A DNA stretch of 64,000 bases from an uncultured Pseudomonadota bacterium (lineage in GTDB: Bacteria > Pseudomonadota > Alphaproteobacteria > Rs-D84), in contig OOHL01000004.1 of the NCBI GenBank assembly GCA_900321105.1, positions 10,995-74,994 of the forward strand. Reading direction: 5' to 3'. This document shows, piece after piece, positions 9,221 to 20,485 of the stretch; position 1 is the first letter of the stretch; every line of letters begins with the position of its first letter. A program made the position numbers and the translations under genes. The notes under the pieces were generated by a model that saw nothing but the letters and a program-made list of their open reading frames with translations, was not told where the DNA came from and made no database searches.

Positions 9221-10789
9221 TTATTTTCTTTTTGCGGCGGCGATAAAGGCATTAAACATCGGGTGTCCGGTGTATGGGCTACTTTGGAATTCCGGATGAA
9301 ATTGCCCCGCGATAAAGAATGGATGCGACGGTATTTCAATTATTTCCGGCAATTTTCCGTCCGGGGAAATACCTGAAATTATCATACCTGCCTTTTCCAA
9401 TTCATCTTTGTATTTAATGTTGACTTCGTATCTGTGGCGATGACGTTCTGATATTTGCGATGCGCCCCAAATTTTTTCCGCCAATGTTCCTGGTTTTATT
9501 TCACATGGATATGCGCCCAAGCGCAGTGTTCCGCCCATATTTTCACTGTCGCATTCAGTCATAATGTCAATTACAGGCGTACAATTTTTTGCAAATTCTG
9601 TTGAATTCGCGTTTTTATCACCAACTACATTACGCATAAATTCAATAACCGCAACCTGCATACCCAAACATATTCCCATAAATGGAATATTGTTTTCACG
9701 CGCATATTGGGCGGCTGCTATTTTTCCATCAACACCACGCGTTCCAAAACCACCTGGTATTAAAATACCATCAACATCTGCGCAATCACTTGGGTCAAAA
9801 TGTTCGGCATCAATCTTTTTAATTTTTACATGCACATTGTTTTGAACAGACGCATGGAACAACGCTTCGTTCAATGATTTATATGCATCCGCGACATCAA
9901 AATATTTCCCAACCACACCAATTGTACATGTTGGCAAATCAGCGTTCAAATGATGTTCTATCTTTTTGAATTTTGACATATCACCATTTGCATTTGGTAA
10001 ACCAAAATGTTCTGCCATGATACCAAAGACATCTTGTTCATCATAAACAATTGGTATTTTATAAATGTTATCAACATTCATACTGGTTATAACATTCTTG
10101 GCCGGTAAATTACAGAACATACCTATTTTAGCGCGCTCTTCCGGTGTCAACATACGTGGTGAACGCACGAACAACATATCTGCCTGAATACCATTTTCCA
10201 ATAATCTGCGCACCGACATTTGCGTTGGCTTGGTTTTTAATTCGCCACTTTGTTCAAGATAAGGCGCCAATGCAAGATGTGCAAACAAAACATTTCGCCG
10301 TCCAACGTCATTAGCAAATTGACGGATCGATTCCAGGAATATTTTTTGTTCAATATCGCCAACAGTTCCGCCTATTTCACAAATTACAAAATCTGTGTCT
10401 GTTGGTATTGCGATATGTTCTTTGATTTTATTTGAAACATGGGGAATCATTTGCACTGTGCCACCCAGGTAATCCCCGCGGCGTTCAGCGTTTAAAACCT
10501 CCCAATAAATACGACCACCAGAACAAGAATCATTACGCGATAATTTTATTCCTAAAAATCTTTCGTAATATCCCAGATCCAAATCAGTTTCAAAACCATC
10601 ATTGGTCACATAAACTTCACCATGTTGCAGTGGTGACATTGTTCCCGGATCTATATTTAAATATGGGTCAAATTTACGAACATGAACACTGTATCCACGG
10701 GATTGAAGAAGGGCGCCCAGCGATGCCGCCGAGACGCCCTTTCCTAAACTTGATACAACCCCGCCAGTAACAAAAATATATCTTGGCAT
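9221..10789 (-). CDS. pyrG: CTP synthase
   Basis: Contains MPRYIFVTGGVVSSLGKG and the glutaminase domain GICLGMQ. Confidence 0.95.
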   Translation of the reverse strand: MPRYIFVTGGVVSSLGKGVSAASLGALLQSRGYSVHVRKFDPYLNIDPGTMSPLQHGEVYVTNDGFETDLDLGYYERFLGIKLSRNDSCSGGRIYWEVLNAERRGDYLGGTVQMIPHVSNKIKEHIAIPTDTDFVICEIGGTVGDIEQKIFLESIRQFANDVGRRNVLFAHLALAPYLEQSGELKTKPTQMSVRRLLENGIQADMLFVRSPRMLTPEERAKIGMFCNLPAKNVITSMNVDNIYKIPIVYDEQDVFGIMAEHFGLPNANGDMSKFKKIEHHLNADLPTCTIGVVGKYFDVADAYKSLNEALFHASVQNNVHVKIKKIDAEHFDPSDCADVDGILIPGGFGTRGVDGKIAAAQYARENNIPFMGICLGMQVAVIEFMRNVVGDKNANSTEFAKNCTPVIDIMTECDSENMGGTLRLGAYPCEIKPGTLAEKIWGASQISERHRHRYEVNIKYKDELEKAGMIISGISPDGKLPEIIEIPSHPFFIAGQFHPEFQSSPYTGHPMFNAFIAAAKRK

Positions 10790-10867
10790 AAGCTTTCTCC
10801 TTATGCTTAATCAGCATACAAAAATTATTAGTTGCAGGTCAAGCAAATAAAATCCTATAATCAAAAC

Positions 10868-12823
10868 ATGAAAGAATTCCTGGAAAACCAATACAAAAAT
10901 TTATTTTTATGGACGCCTTTTGTCTTGGCATTTGGGGCGGCATTTTATTTTTCACTTGGCAGTGAACCAGACTTTCGTTTTCCAATTCTTATCACCTTTT
11001 TAATTGGCGCGATTATTTACAAGTATAAAAATGTATTTGTACGTTCATTATTTTTGTTTTTATTTGGCTTCTTTTATGCGATGTCTTTTACACATATAAT
11101 AAACACACCACAAATAAATGATTCTTTCGGTTTTATTGATATAAACGCAACTGTTCGCGATGTTAATTTCACAAACGAATCAACACGCGTTTTATTAAGC
11201 GTGCCATCAAATCAAATTGATAAAGAATTGCCACAAAACAAAAATATAAATATTCGCGTATCTATAAAAGATACAGCCAACATACCAAATATTGGCAATA
11301 CGATTTCTGGAAAATTACATATATTTCATCCATCTGCACGATATGTTCCAAACGGATTTGATTTTGCACGTTGGGCATATTTCAAGGGAATTTCAGGCAC
11401 TGGATTTTTTCAAGATTATGAAATAATAAAATCTGAGAACAGAAATGTTCGCACATTTATCCATAATAAAGCGAAATCAGAATTAACAGATTCATTGGTA
11501 TTGGGATATAAAAACGTTATTCCTGAAATCGAAAGCAAAATTTGGAAATCTGTCGGTGTTGGACATGTCTGGTCAATCAGCGGTTTTCACATGACATTAC
11601 TTGGCGGATGGTTGTTTGCTTTGTTTTATTTATTATTTCGTGCAATTCCATATATAACAAAAAGAATACCTGCAAAATATCCTGCAATTCTCTGCGCATG
11701 GTTTGGATTAGTTTTTTATTTACTGATATCTGGGATAAGTGTTGCGACATTGCGTGCGTTCTTGATGGCAACATTAATATTTATTGCAACAATATTGGGA
11801 CGGGGCGTGTTATCTTTGCGCAACGCAGCATTAGCTTTCATCTTAATATTTTTGTTTAATCCGTATTCAGTTATGACCGCAGGCTTCCAATTATCGTTCG
11901 CTGCTATATTTGGATTGCTTTGGTTTTTTGATAACAAACAATATATCAAACATAATTTTATCGGCAAAATATTACATTATATCTATTTATCTTTTATGTC
12001 TGCCTTGGTTGCGACAATATTTACATTGCCATTTATAATTGCTCATTTTAGCTACATCCCGATTTACAGCTTGATTGGGAACATTATCCTTTTGCCGATA
12101 TTTTCTTTCGCGATTATGCCATTGGTTATGATTGGAACTTTGTTTGCAATATTTAGAAATTATTTTATATTAAACATAGCAAATAAAATATATGATTTCG
12201 CATTATCAATCGCAGAACATATATCAAATTTACCATATGCAAATATAAATATTCCTGATATTTCAAACACAGTTTTGATATTGATTATTATTGGATTGTT
12301 ATGTTTGATATTAATTGCAAAATCCGATGCCAAAAATTTATTTATAAAAAATATAAACTATGTTTTATGTATGACTAGTATATCTTTGGCAATCGTTATT
12401 TATGCAAATCAAGAACGTCCTTTGTTTTATGCAACAACCGATCACGAATTGGTCGCATTTAATGTTAATGGCAAACTGGAATTTAACAAAGCCCGTGCAT
12501 CAAAACATTATTTTGCATTTGATACATGGTATAAATTTAATAACGAAGAAAAACCATTTAAAAACAAAAGATATAAATGCGACCATGGTTTTTGTGTTTA
12601 TAAAACAAAAAATTGGAATTTAGTATATATGCAAAATTTCACATCAATATTAAATAATCTTGAAAACGTATGTAACGACAAAACAATTGATTATATTGTC
12701 ACAACTTTTGGAATTAAATCACCAAATTGTCATGGGAAAATATTGGATAATGGTTTGTTAATATATCCAAACGGAAAAATTACAAAAATCATCAATCAGC
12801 GTCCGTGGCATAATCCGCACTGA
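10868..12823 (+). CDS. comEC: ComEC/Rec2 family DNA internalisation channel
   Basis: Polytopic, with the competence-domain motif GVGHVWSISGFHMTLLGG. ATG 10868 is preferred over the upstream TTG 10832. I saw no HxHxDH metallo-beta-lactamase motif in the C-terminal part. Confidence 0.8.
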   Translation: MKEFLENQYKNLFLWTPFVLAFGAAFYFSLGSEPDFRFPILITFLIGAIIYKYKNVFVRSLFLFLFGFFYAMSFTHIINTPQINDSFGFIDINATVRDVNFTNESTRVLLSVPSNQIDKELPQNKNINIRVSIKDTANIPNIGNTISGKLHIFHPSARYVPNGFDFARWAYFKGISGTGFFQDYEIIKSENRNVRTFIHNKAKSELTDSLVLGYKNVIPEIESKIWKSVGVGHVWSISGFHMTLLGGWLFALFYLLFRAIPYITKRIPAKYPAILCAWFGLVFYLLISGISVATLRAFLMATLIFIATILGRGVLSLRNAALAFILIFLFNPYSVMTAGFQLSFAAIFGLLWFFDNKQYIKHNFIGKILHYIYLSFMSALVATIFTLPFIIAHFSYIPIYSLIGNIILLPIFSFAIMPLVMIGTLFAIFRNYFILNIANKIYDFALSIAEHISNLPYANINIPDISNTVLILIIIGLLCLILIAKSDAKNLFIKNINYVLCMTSISLAIVIYANQERPLFYATTDHELVAFNVNGKLEFNKARASKHYFAFDTWYKFNNEEKPFKNKRYKCDHGFCVYKTKNWNLVYMQNFTSILNNLENVCNDKTIDYIVTTFGIKSPNCHGKILDNGLLIYPNGKITKIINQRPWHNPH

Positions 12824-13538
12824 CAAAATATAATCCCGATGCAGGTGCGGTAATTCCGGCGGCGCCGCGATTTTTCGCATCAAAGATTTTATCAATATCT
12901 AAATCTTTACCCTGACCTATTTCAACCAATGTCCCAACCATATTTCGCACCTGATGATGCAGAAAAGAACGCGCAGAAAATTCAAAAACTATTTCATCAC
13001 CATTTTGAGTTATTGTCACAGAATCCAAAGTTTTAATTGGGGATTTAGCCTGACATTGTGCGGCACGAAATGATGTAAAATCATGTTTGCCGATTAATTT
13101 TTCTGCAGCTGATTTCATTGCGTTTATGTTTAATTTTTGTGGTACCCACCAAACCCTATTCTTTTCTAAAACAACAGGCGCGCCACGATTAAGGACTATA
13201 TATTTATAATGTCTTTTGGTACACGAAAAACGCGCATGAAAATTATCATCAACCTTTTCACAACTCAATACAGAAACCGGTTCATTTATTAAATAAAAAT
13301 TCAATGCACGCATAACTGTTTCAGGCGCTTGTTCTTTTTCTAAATCAAAATGCGCAATCATATTTAAAGCATGAACACCTGCATCAGTGCGCCCTGCAGA
13401 ATACACAACAACTTTTTCACCACAAAATTTATAAATTGCATCTTGTAAAAGCGATTGCACAGATGGACCATCTTGGTTTTCCTGCCAACCAATCAAATTT
13501 GTTCCATCGTATTCAAGATTTATTTTATAGCGTGCCAT
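12792..13538 (-). CDS. truA: tRNA pseudouridine(38-40) synthase
   Basis: Contains YDGTNLIGWQ and the catalytic motif GRTDAGVHA. Confidence 0.9.
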   Translation of the reverse strand: MARYKINLEYDGTNLIGWQENQDGPSVQSLLQDAIYKFCGEKVVVYSAGRTDAGVHALNMIAHFDLEKEQAPETVMRALNFYLINEPVSVLSCEKVDDNFHARFSCTKRHYKYIVLNRGAPVVLEKNRVWWVPQKLNINAMKSAAEKLIGKHDFTSFRAAQCQAKSPIKTLDSVTITQNGDEIVFEFSARSFLHHQVRNMVGTLVEIGQGKDLDIDKIFDAKNRGAAGITAPASGLYFVSADYATDAD

Positions 13539-13540
13539 TT

Positions 13541-13843
13541 TTATCTGTTTTTAAAAACGAAACCTGATCGTTCAAGCAACCATTTTTTTATCGGATTTAT
13601 TTGATTATACCATTTCCAATATGGTTTTCCTTTGTCACAAGACGCCAAACCTTTAACTTCTGCTATTTCTCTCATGCGTTCTGCACACAAACGTTCTTTT
13701 GACACATGTTCGTTTTCACCAACAAAAATACATCCGTGACAATCAGTTTTTTCATTTGATGTATCGCGTCCCACAACATCGGTATAATTATTGTGATGTT
13801 TTGATTTATATTTTGATTCTGTTGTATAATTTGGCGCTATCAT
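13541..13843 (-). CDS. Hypothetical protein (100 aa, four Cys)
   Basis: ORF packed between fmt and truA with 2-3 nt gaps. No family recognised. Confidence 0.45.
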   Translation of the reverse strand: MIAPNYTTESKYKSKHHNNYTDVVGRDTSNEKTDCHGCIFVGENEHVSKERLCAERMREIAEVKGLASCDKGKPYWKWYNQINPIKKWLLERSGFVFKNR

Positions 13844-13846
13844 TTT

Positions 13847-14659
13847 TTATTCCCCGTATTTTATATCTGCACCACGCAAACCATTTAAAAAACTTTTCCA
13901 ATCCATTGGATTTTTTCCAGATGGTTGAATTTTTACAATTCTCAACTCGTTATTTTCTATTTTTGTTTTCAAAATTTTTACATCGATACCATTTATCTTT
14001 GTACGGCCACACCCCAGCGCGCGAACTTGATTATGAATTTGTATTGGCAATTTGTTCCAATCTATAATCTCGTCAGCCCCTTCGAATTTGCGTGTAAATG
14101 TTGGTTCCCCAACCTGTGGAATAGCGGCAAAATCAGCTGGTTTCGACATATATTCATCAAGCATTTTGATTGCAACATCTGACACTTTCTTTTCGACAAT
14201 TTCATTTGTATCATTGTCTGCAATTTCAATATTTTTACGCATATAAATATCGCCGGCATCCATTTCAGCTGTCATTGCCATTAAACACACGTCCATATTT
14301 TTATCGCCGTTTAATATTGCCGTTCTGATTGGAGATGGTCCGCGATATTTTGGCAACGAACTTGGGTGAATATTAATACAAGGCGCGGCATTCAAAACAT
14401 TATCACGCAAAATAACACCGTATGAAAACACAACTATCATATCAGGTTTATCAGATACAGAATCAAATTCTTTGATTGAAGTGTAAACCTTTAAACCACG
14501 CCCATCTGCCCATTGGTGTACAGGCGACGGTGTTAAAATATGTTTACGCCCCATTGGTTTTGGCGCACGGGTAAAGACCGCGATTACATCGTGTTTATTG
14601 GCCAAGTCATCAAAAACAGGAACCACAAAATCATTAGTTCCCATTAATATCAGTTTCAT
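13847..14659 (-). CDS. fmt: Methionyl-tRNA formyltransferase (short, 270 aa)
   Basis: Contains MKLILMGTNDFVVPVF, NIHPSLLPKYRG-like (NIHPSSLPKYRGPSPI) and the characteristic DAGDI. Confidence 0.85.
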   Translation of the reverse strand: MKLILMGTNDFVVPVFDDLANKHDVIAVFTRAPKPMGRKHILTPSPVHQWADGRGLKVYTSIKEFDSVSDKPDMIVVFSYGVILRDNVLNAAPCINIHPSSLPKYRGPSPIRTAILNGDKNMDVCLMAMTAEMDAGDIYMRKNIEIADNDTNEIVEKKVSDVAIKMLDEYMSKPADFAAIPQVGEPTFTRKFEGADEIIDWNKLPIQIHNQVRALGCGRTKINGIDVKILKTKIENNELRIVKIQPSGKNPMDWKSFLNGLRGADIKYGE

Positions 14660-15168
14660 TATTTATGCCCCCGATTAACCTTGCGCATTAACATTTCGCG
14701 CTTAACACCTGATAAATAATCAATAAATAAAACGCCATCTAAATGGTCAGTTTCGTGTTGAACAATGCGTGCTGGAACACCAGACATTTGTGCACTAAGA
14801 TTTTCGCCATTTTCATTCATCCATTCAACAACAACAGATGCCGGACGGCGCACATTTGAATAAACAGGCAATCCATCAGCGCCAAGAACCGATAAGCAGC
14901 CCTCTTCCATAACGCAGGTATCATCACTTTTACTGGTAATTTTTGGATTTATCATTTTGTATATTGTTTCGCTTTCTGGATCCATCATAACCAGGAATCT
15001 TTGTGTAATACCAACCTGGGGTGCGGCCAGACCAACCCCATTTTGAGATTTCATCATTTGAACCATTTCATCCATGGTATCAAGTAATTCAGGCGTAATA
15101 TCCGCCACAGGCGCACATTTTTCACGCAAAACCAAATCACCACAAAGTTTCATTTGCAACATATACAA
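14659..15168 (-). CDS. def: Peptide deformylase
   Basis: Contains GVGLAAPQVG, EGCLS and HETDHL. The true start may be one of the internal Met codons at residues 3 or 6. Confidence 0.9.
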   Translation of the reverse strand: MYMLQMKLCGDLVLREKCAPVADITPELLDTMDEMVQMMKSQNGVGLAAPQVGITQRFLVMMDPESETIYKMINPKITSKSDDTCVMEEGCLSVLGADGLPVYSNVRRPASVVVEWMNENGENLSAQMSGVPARIVQHETDHLDGVLFIDYLSGVKREMLMRKVNRGHK

Positions 15169-15213
15169 AACCTTTTTATAATCACTATATAGATATTAGC
15201 AAAGGAATTTCAA

Positions 15214-16092
15214 ATGACAACCTATATTTTCGGACTTTTGATTGTTATAGTTGCATTGCTTTTGGTGCTGGTTTTTCGCAAACAGACTTTTGATTTATCT
15301 GCAATTCGCGAAGACAACGCAAGATTGCGCGAAAGATTGGCGGAAAGATTGGGGATGCTTTCTCAAAATGCGGTTGAATTAAAGAATATTTCATCGGATA
15401 TTGCGAATTTCAAAGATATTTTAATGGGCAACAAACAGGCACGCGGCACATTTGGCGAACGCCAATTGGCAGATATAGTGCGCGACATTATGCCACCAGA
15501 AACCTATGAATTTCAAAAGGTGCTTTCAACTGGTGTTCGCCCAGATTGTATAATACGCCTGCCATATCCACCTGGTGACATGATAATCGACAGCAAATTC
15601 CCACTGGAAAGTTATAATCGTATTTTACAAGATAAAACTGATATAGGTGCAAAAAAACAATTTGAAATTGATGTTCGCAAACACATTGATGCAATTGCTG
15701 AAAAATATATAATTCCAGGCACAACGGCAGAAAGCGCAATGATGTTTATTGCATCCGAATCTATATTTATGGAATTGCATACCGCGTTTCCAGATACAAT
15801 TGAATATGCCGCACATAAAAAAGTCTTTATCGTGTCACCTGCGACATTATGGGCGACATTGAACACTATCCGCGCCGTCCTTTCAGACATAAAAATTAAA
15901 CGCGTGGCGGGAAAAATAAAAAGGGAATTAGATTTATTATTAACAGACCTTTCACGTCTTGATGAACGCGCAGCCAAGGTTAACCAGCATTTCACATTGG
16001 CACAAAAAGATATGGCGGATTTGGAAACATCAATTTCAAAAATTACCCCACGCGCAGAAAAATTACGCGATATGGATTTCGGCGAAGATTAA
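15214..16092 (+). CDS. rmuC: DNA recombination protein RmuC (short form)
   Basis: N-terminal TM, then GTFGERQLADIV...PDCIIRLP...IIDSKFPLESY, typical of RmuC. Confidence 0.8.
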   Translation: MTTYIFGLLIVIVALLLVLVFRKQTFDLSAIREDNARLRERLAERLGMLSQNAVELKNISSDIANFKDILMGNKQARGTFGERQLADIVRDIMPPETYEFQKVLSTGVRPDCIIRLPYPPGDMIIDSKFPLESYNRILQDKTDIGAKKQFEIDVRKHIDAIAEKYIIPGTTAESAMMFIASESIFMELHTAFPDTIEYAAHKKVFIVSPATLWATLNTIRAVLSDIKIKRVAGKIKRELDLLLTDLSRLDERAAKVNQHFTLAQKDMADLETSISKITPRAEKLRDMDFGED

Positions 16093-16120
16093 AAACACCG
16101 GTAAATGCCGGTGTTTTTTT
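16091..16120. terminator. Bidirectional rho-independent terminator
   Basis: AAAAA-CACCGG-TAAATG-CCGGTG-TTTTTTT. Confidence 0.75.
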
Positions 16121-16715
16121 ATTTCCTTAAACCTGTTTTTCGGTTAATCCAAACTTGTTCTTTTGCGATTTCCATAATTGGCATATCATGTTTACTGTCT
16201 GAATATGCACGAACTACATTTGGAATATATTTATTTTCCGTTGCCCATCTATCCAATGCGATAACTTTGTTTTTCCCCCAACACAAAAATTTATATTTAT
16301 ACGGTTTTTCTTTGTCCATTTTGGAAGACATAACCGCATCAAATTTCATATCAGATACCAATTCTGGCACCAGGTAATCAGGCGACGCAGAAATCAATAC
16401 AACCTTGTTGCCGGCTTTTTTTTCTTTTGCTACCTGTGCCGCAGCCCAACCAAAGCGATTTTGTTTATGGGCTTTTATAACATCTGCCGAATAATCGCGC
16501 ACCATTTTTGGTGTAATAAAATTACGAATTATTTCGCGCCACCAAATGCCATTGTGATTCAATATTGCACCAATTGCACCAGCCAACACACACGGCAAAA
16601 ACAACCATGGACGGATTGAATGTTTAAAACAATATTTAAAGAATTCCCAATTTGAATCTGATGCCGAAAGTGTCCCATCAAAATCGAATACAACCACATT
16701 TACTTTTGTTAACAT
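16119..16715 (-). CDS. HAD-superfamily hydrolase (subfamily IB-like)
   Basis: Has the N-terminal motif VVVFDFDGTL and the late motif YSDSKHD. Confidence 0.65.
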   Translation of the reverse strand: MLTKVNVVVFDFDGTLSASDSNWEFFKYCFKHSIRPWLFLPCVLAGAIGAILNHNGIWWREIIRNFITPKMVRDYSADVIKAHKQNRFGWAAAQVAKEKKAGNKVVLISASPDYLVPELVSDMKFDAVMSSKMDKEKPYKYKFLCWGKNKVIALDRWATENKYIPNVVRAYSDSKHDMPIMEIAKEQVWINRKTGLRK

Positions 16716-16721
16716 AATATT

Positions 16722-17390
16722 TTATCTTTGTTTTGATTTTGCTTGTTCTTTGACCTGTTGATGCCAGACTTGTGTATATTTTGAAACCAATTCTGTATTA
16801 GAGCTTTTTTCTAATTGTTGATATCTTTGAATTTCTTGCAGATTTTTATTGAACGCGCTCAATGCATTTTTATCATTTATCAATTTGAAAAAATCCGTCT
16901 TCAAAAATTGCACATCGTTATATTGTCCGGCTAAATACATCATAACATCATTAAACCATCTGTAATCACGACGAATTCTTGATATATATTGCAAATTTGA
17001 CACATCGGTACTTTCAACATATTTCGAAGACCAATCTACGCCATCAAAACCAAATTCATAAGAAGAATTTTGCAATGTCCTTAACATAAAAATGCATAAT
17101 AATTTGTCAGTAATATTTTTGGTTATGTATTTTTTTGCACACTTTCGAACAATGCTTTTATTTGCATCACGATATTTATCTATCACACGTCTTGAACAAT
17201 CGTTTACATTCAAAGATAATCTATACATCGGATCTCTTTGTAAAATGCTGTCTGTTTTGTTGGATATTTCTGTATAATTTGAATTTTCAGATTGATTAAT
17301 ATTTCCATTACATGCAGACAATGTAAAAGACAATCCAGCAACAACACCCGCTGTTTTTAAATTGCTAACCATATTCTTAGAATTCTTCAT
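16722..17390 (-). CDS. Hypothetical lipoprotein (222 aa)
   Basis: Signal peptide with lipobox LSAC (GLSFTLSACNG). No family recognised. Confidence 0.55.
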   Translation of the reverse strand: MKNSKNMVSNLKTAGVVAGLSFTLSACNGNINQSENSNYTEISNKTDSILQRDPMYRLSLNVNDCSRRVIDKYRDANKSIVRKCAKKYITKNITDKLLCIFMLRTLQNSSYEFGFDGVDWSSKYVESTDVSNLQYISRIRRDYRWFNDVMMYLAGQYNDVQFLKTDFFKLINDKNALSAFNKNLQEIQRYQQLEKSSNTELVSKYTQVWHQQVKEQAKSKQR

Positions 17391-17446
17391 GTCTTGCCTT
17401 TATTTCACCGTAAAAACGATACCCCGAAGGCAAGACTTTGTCAATA

Positions 17447-20400
17447 TTATTTGTTTCTGTATATTCTTTTGCGCAATTTTTCCATCACAAAGAATAATGC
17501 CGGTGTTAATGTAAATGTCCAAACCAATGATGCAATCATACCACCAATCATAACCGCACCCATTGCAACCTTTAATCCATCATTAGACCAAAGTTGCGGA
17601 ATCATACCTGCGACAACTGCAATTGTAGTCATCCAAATCATACGTTTTTTATCCATCAATTCATCCCAAAGTGCTTTTTGTGCATTTTCGCCATTTTGAA
17701 CACGTTGTACGGTCGGTTCCAAAACCAAAATGTTATTATTAACCACCAAACCAACCAACATAATAAACGCCAACATTGCCCCAACATTAAGTGATGCCCC
17801 AGACAAAAACAAAGCAACAAATACACCCGCAAAACTGGTTATAATTGATGTAGCGATTGTAAATGGATGTATAAATGAATTCATAATTGCTGCCAACAAC
17901 ATAAATGTCAAAATCGTAGCCAACAAGAACGCCTGGGCAATTTCAGCCGTTGATTCTTCTTGAATTTCAGACATACCTGCGAATGATGCGCTGTATCCAG
18001 GTTCCCAATTTATCGCATCTAATTCTTTTTGAATTTGTGCCTGGACAGGACCAATTGTAGATTTACCAATATTGATATCAATTTCTGTCACACGGTTTTT
18101 ATCAAGACGATAAATATTTGATGTTGCCGGAACATTTTCTATCGTTCCTAATTCAGAAAGTGCAACCATACCTTTTTGTGAATTAACAAAAACACTGTCA
18201 AACATAGATTGCTTTTTGAATTGTTTTTCAAATTCTAAAATTATCGGATATTCATCACCATTTTCTTTATATTTATAGCTATCGTTTCCAAATAATGCAG
18301 TACGCAAAGTAGAACCAGCCCGGGCATTTTTTACCCCCCAGAAATTCATTTTTTCATCATTTGGAACAAAACGAATTTCATTGCTTGGTAATTGTTGTGC
18401 CAAAACAGCGCTTTGCACTGCATCAATATTATTAACAGCCTTCAAAATTTGATTGGCATAATCACTGCGTTTTGCATCATCTTCACCAAAGACATTCAAT
18501 ACCATATCCGAAGAAATCGCAGAACCACTGATAGCTTCACCTGCACGGATTTGGATTTCTGCATCAACAATATCGGATAATGCCGGCAACATTTTTTGTG
18601 CCAATTTTTTATCACTTATATTGCGTTCTTTAACATCAACCAAATTAACCTTTACATTGATATTTTGCAATCCACGATCGCCAATTTTAATTGTAGTGGA
18701 TTCAACCTCTGGAAATTGTTTTACACGTTTATCAATTTCGCGCGCAATGTCTTCTGATTTAGAATACACAGCCCCCATTGGTGCACGTGCGGTAATTGTA
18801 ATTTCATTTGCATCTGTTGATGGTGCAAATTCATTTCCAATATATCCAGTTAAACGTGAAGATAAAATTAAAACTGCAAGCGCACCAAGAATAACAATGA
18901 ACGGATGACGTGTTTGGTATTCATACCAAGTACGCATACGCGAATTATTATTATGTTCTGTGATTTCTTTGATATCACGTTTTGTTTGAACCTTGCGCGG
19001 TAATTTTAATAATTTTGCAATCATCATTGGTGTTAATGTGAACGAGAATAATAACGATAATAATGTTAAATACACGACGGTCATACCAAACTGCAACATG
19101 AATTGTCCAACAATTCCGCCCATAAATGCCAACGGCAAAAACACCACAACATTGGTTCCAACACCGGCTAATACAGGAATTGCCACTTTGCGTGTACCAT
19201 CTTCTGCGGCTTGTTCTGGTGTTTTTCCATTACGTAATTCACTTAATGCAGATTCAATTAAAATAATCGCATTTGATACCAATGTTCCAAGTGCTGTTGC
19301 ATATGCCAAAAGCGTCATCGCATTAATCGTAAATCCAGAATTATTCATCAAGAAAAATCCAGACAAAAGCGATGCAGGAATCACGACACCTGCAATAATT
19401 GTTGACCGCCAATTACGTGTAAATGCCAATAAAACAATAATTGTAAATATAACACCAAGGATAATACCATTGATGGTGCTGGATGTATCTTCGGAAACAT
19501 GGGTTGATGAATCAAATACGATTTCCATAGATGCGTTTGGAAAACGACTTTGTAAATCAGCTTGAAATTCAGGCATCTTTTTACGCAATGCCTGGGATAT
19601 TTTAATTGCATTACCGTCTGAAGCTTTTACCACAGACATAATAACAACATTTTCACCATTATAAAGTGCACCTTTTTCAATATCACGTGCACCATCTGTT
19701 ATGCTGGCTACATCCGATAATTTAAATGTTTCTCCTTCGACTGTTGTTATTTCCAGATTTGCGATTTCATTAACATCTTTGAATTCGCCGACAAAACGAA
19801 CGTTTTCAGAATTAATAGATGTTTCAATTTTTCCACCAGGGACATTTAAATTACGCATTGCGATTGCGCTTACAATATCATTTATCGTGACACCGCGTGC
19901 CGCCATTAAATCAGGATCCATCGCAATACGCACCGCACGTTGCAAACCACCAAATGTATTAACAGATGCGACACCTTTGACCGCGGTCACTTTGTTGGAA
20001 AGAGTATCTGAAACATATTTTTCAACATCCCTTGGATTGGCATCACGAATAACGATATCTAACACCGCTTGTTGTAATGGATTTAATTTTGCAATCACAG
20101 GTTGTTTCAAATCATCTGGAAAATCATTGGCCAAACCATCAATTTTTGCCTTTACTTCATTTGCCTTGTCGTCAACATTAACACCTAAATTAAATTCAGC
20201 AATTACAAATGCAGAATTTTCATAAACTTGGGATGTAATTTTTTTTACCCCCGCAACTTCTGACATTGCATTTTCAGCCTTTTTAACAACTTGACTTTCA
20301 ATTTCTGCACTGGTTGCACCAGGATAAATGAAAGTGGCAGTCACATACGGAAAATCAACAGATGGTGTTCGTTCAATATTCATTTTTGGGAAAGAAACCA

Positions 20401-20470
20401 ATCCCAATATTACAAAGAACAAAACGAACATAATTGTTGTGACAGGTTTACGAATAAAGAACTTTAACAT
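17447..20470 (-). CDS. RND efflux transporter, inner-membrane subunit (AcrB/HAE1-like)
   Basis: 1007 aa with a 12-TM plus two large periplasmic loop layout. N-terminus reads FFIRKPVTTIMFVLFFVILG. Confidence 0.9.
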   Translation of the reverse strand: MLKFFIRKPVTTIMFVLFFVILGLVSFPKMNIERTPSVDFPYVTATFIYPGATSAEIESQVVKKAENAMSEVAGVKKITSQVYENSAFVIAEFNLGVNVDDKANEVKAKIDGLANDFPDDLKQPVIAKLNPLQQAVLDIVIRDANPRDVEKYVSDTLSNKVTAVKGVASVNTFGGLQRAVRIAMDPDLMAARGVTINDIVSAIAMRNLNVPGGKIETSINSENVRFVGEFKDVNEIANLEITTVEGETFKLSDVASITDGARDIEKGALYNGENVVIMSVVKASDGNAIKISQALRKKMPEFQADLQSRFPNASMEIVFDSSTHVSEDTSSTINGIILGVIFTIIVLLAFTRNWRSTIIAGVVIPASLLSGFFLMNNSGFTINAMTLLAYATALGTLVSNAIILIESALSELRNGKTPEQAAEDGTRKVAIPVLAGVGTNVVVFLPLAFMGGIVGQFMLQFGMTVVYLTLLSLLFSFTLTPMMIAKLLKLPRKVQTKRDIKEITEHNNNSRMRTWYEYQTRHPFIVILGALAVLILSSRLTGYIGNEFAPSTDANEITITARAPMGAVYSKSEDIAREIDKRVKQFPEVESTTIKIGDRGLQNINVKVNLVDVKERNISDKKLAQKMLPALSDIVDAEIQIRAGEAISGSAISSDMVLNVFGEDDAKRSDYANQILKAVNNIDAVQSAVLAQQLPSNEIRFVPNDEKMNFWGVKNARAGSTLRTALFGNDSYKYKENGDEYPIILEFEKQFKKQSMFDSVFVNSQKGMVALSELGTIENVPATSNIYRLDKNRVTEIDINIGKSTIGPVQAQIQKELDAINWEPGYSASFAGMSEIQEESTAEIAQAFLLATILTFMLLAAIMNSFIHPFTIATSIITSFAGVFVALFLSGASLNVGAMLAFIMLVGLVVNNNILVLEPTVQRVQNGENAQKALWDELMDKKRMIWMTTIAVVAGMIPQLWSNDGLKVAMGAVMIGGMIASLVWTFTLTPALFFVMEKLRKRIYRNK

Positions 20471-20485
20471 CTGTAATTCCTTTTA

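Noticed and set aside
12792-12823. 32-bp convergent overlap of the comEC and truA 3' ends
   Set aside because: I considered a frameshift or mis-assembly. Both proteins look complete at their C-termini, and the genome is generally compact with overlapping genes, so this is probably genuine.
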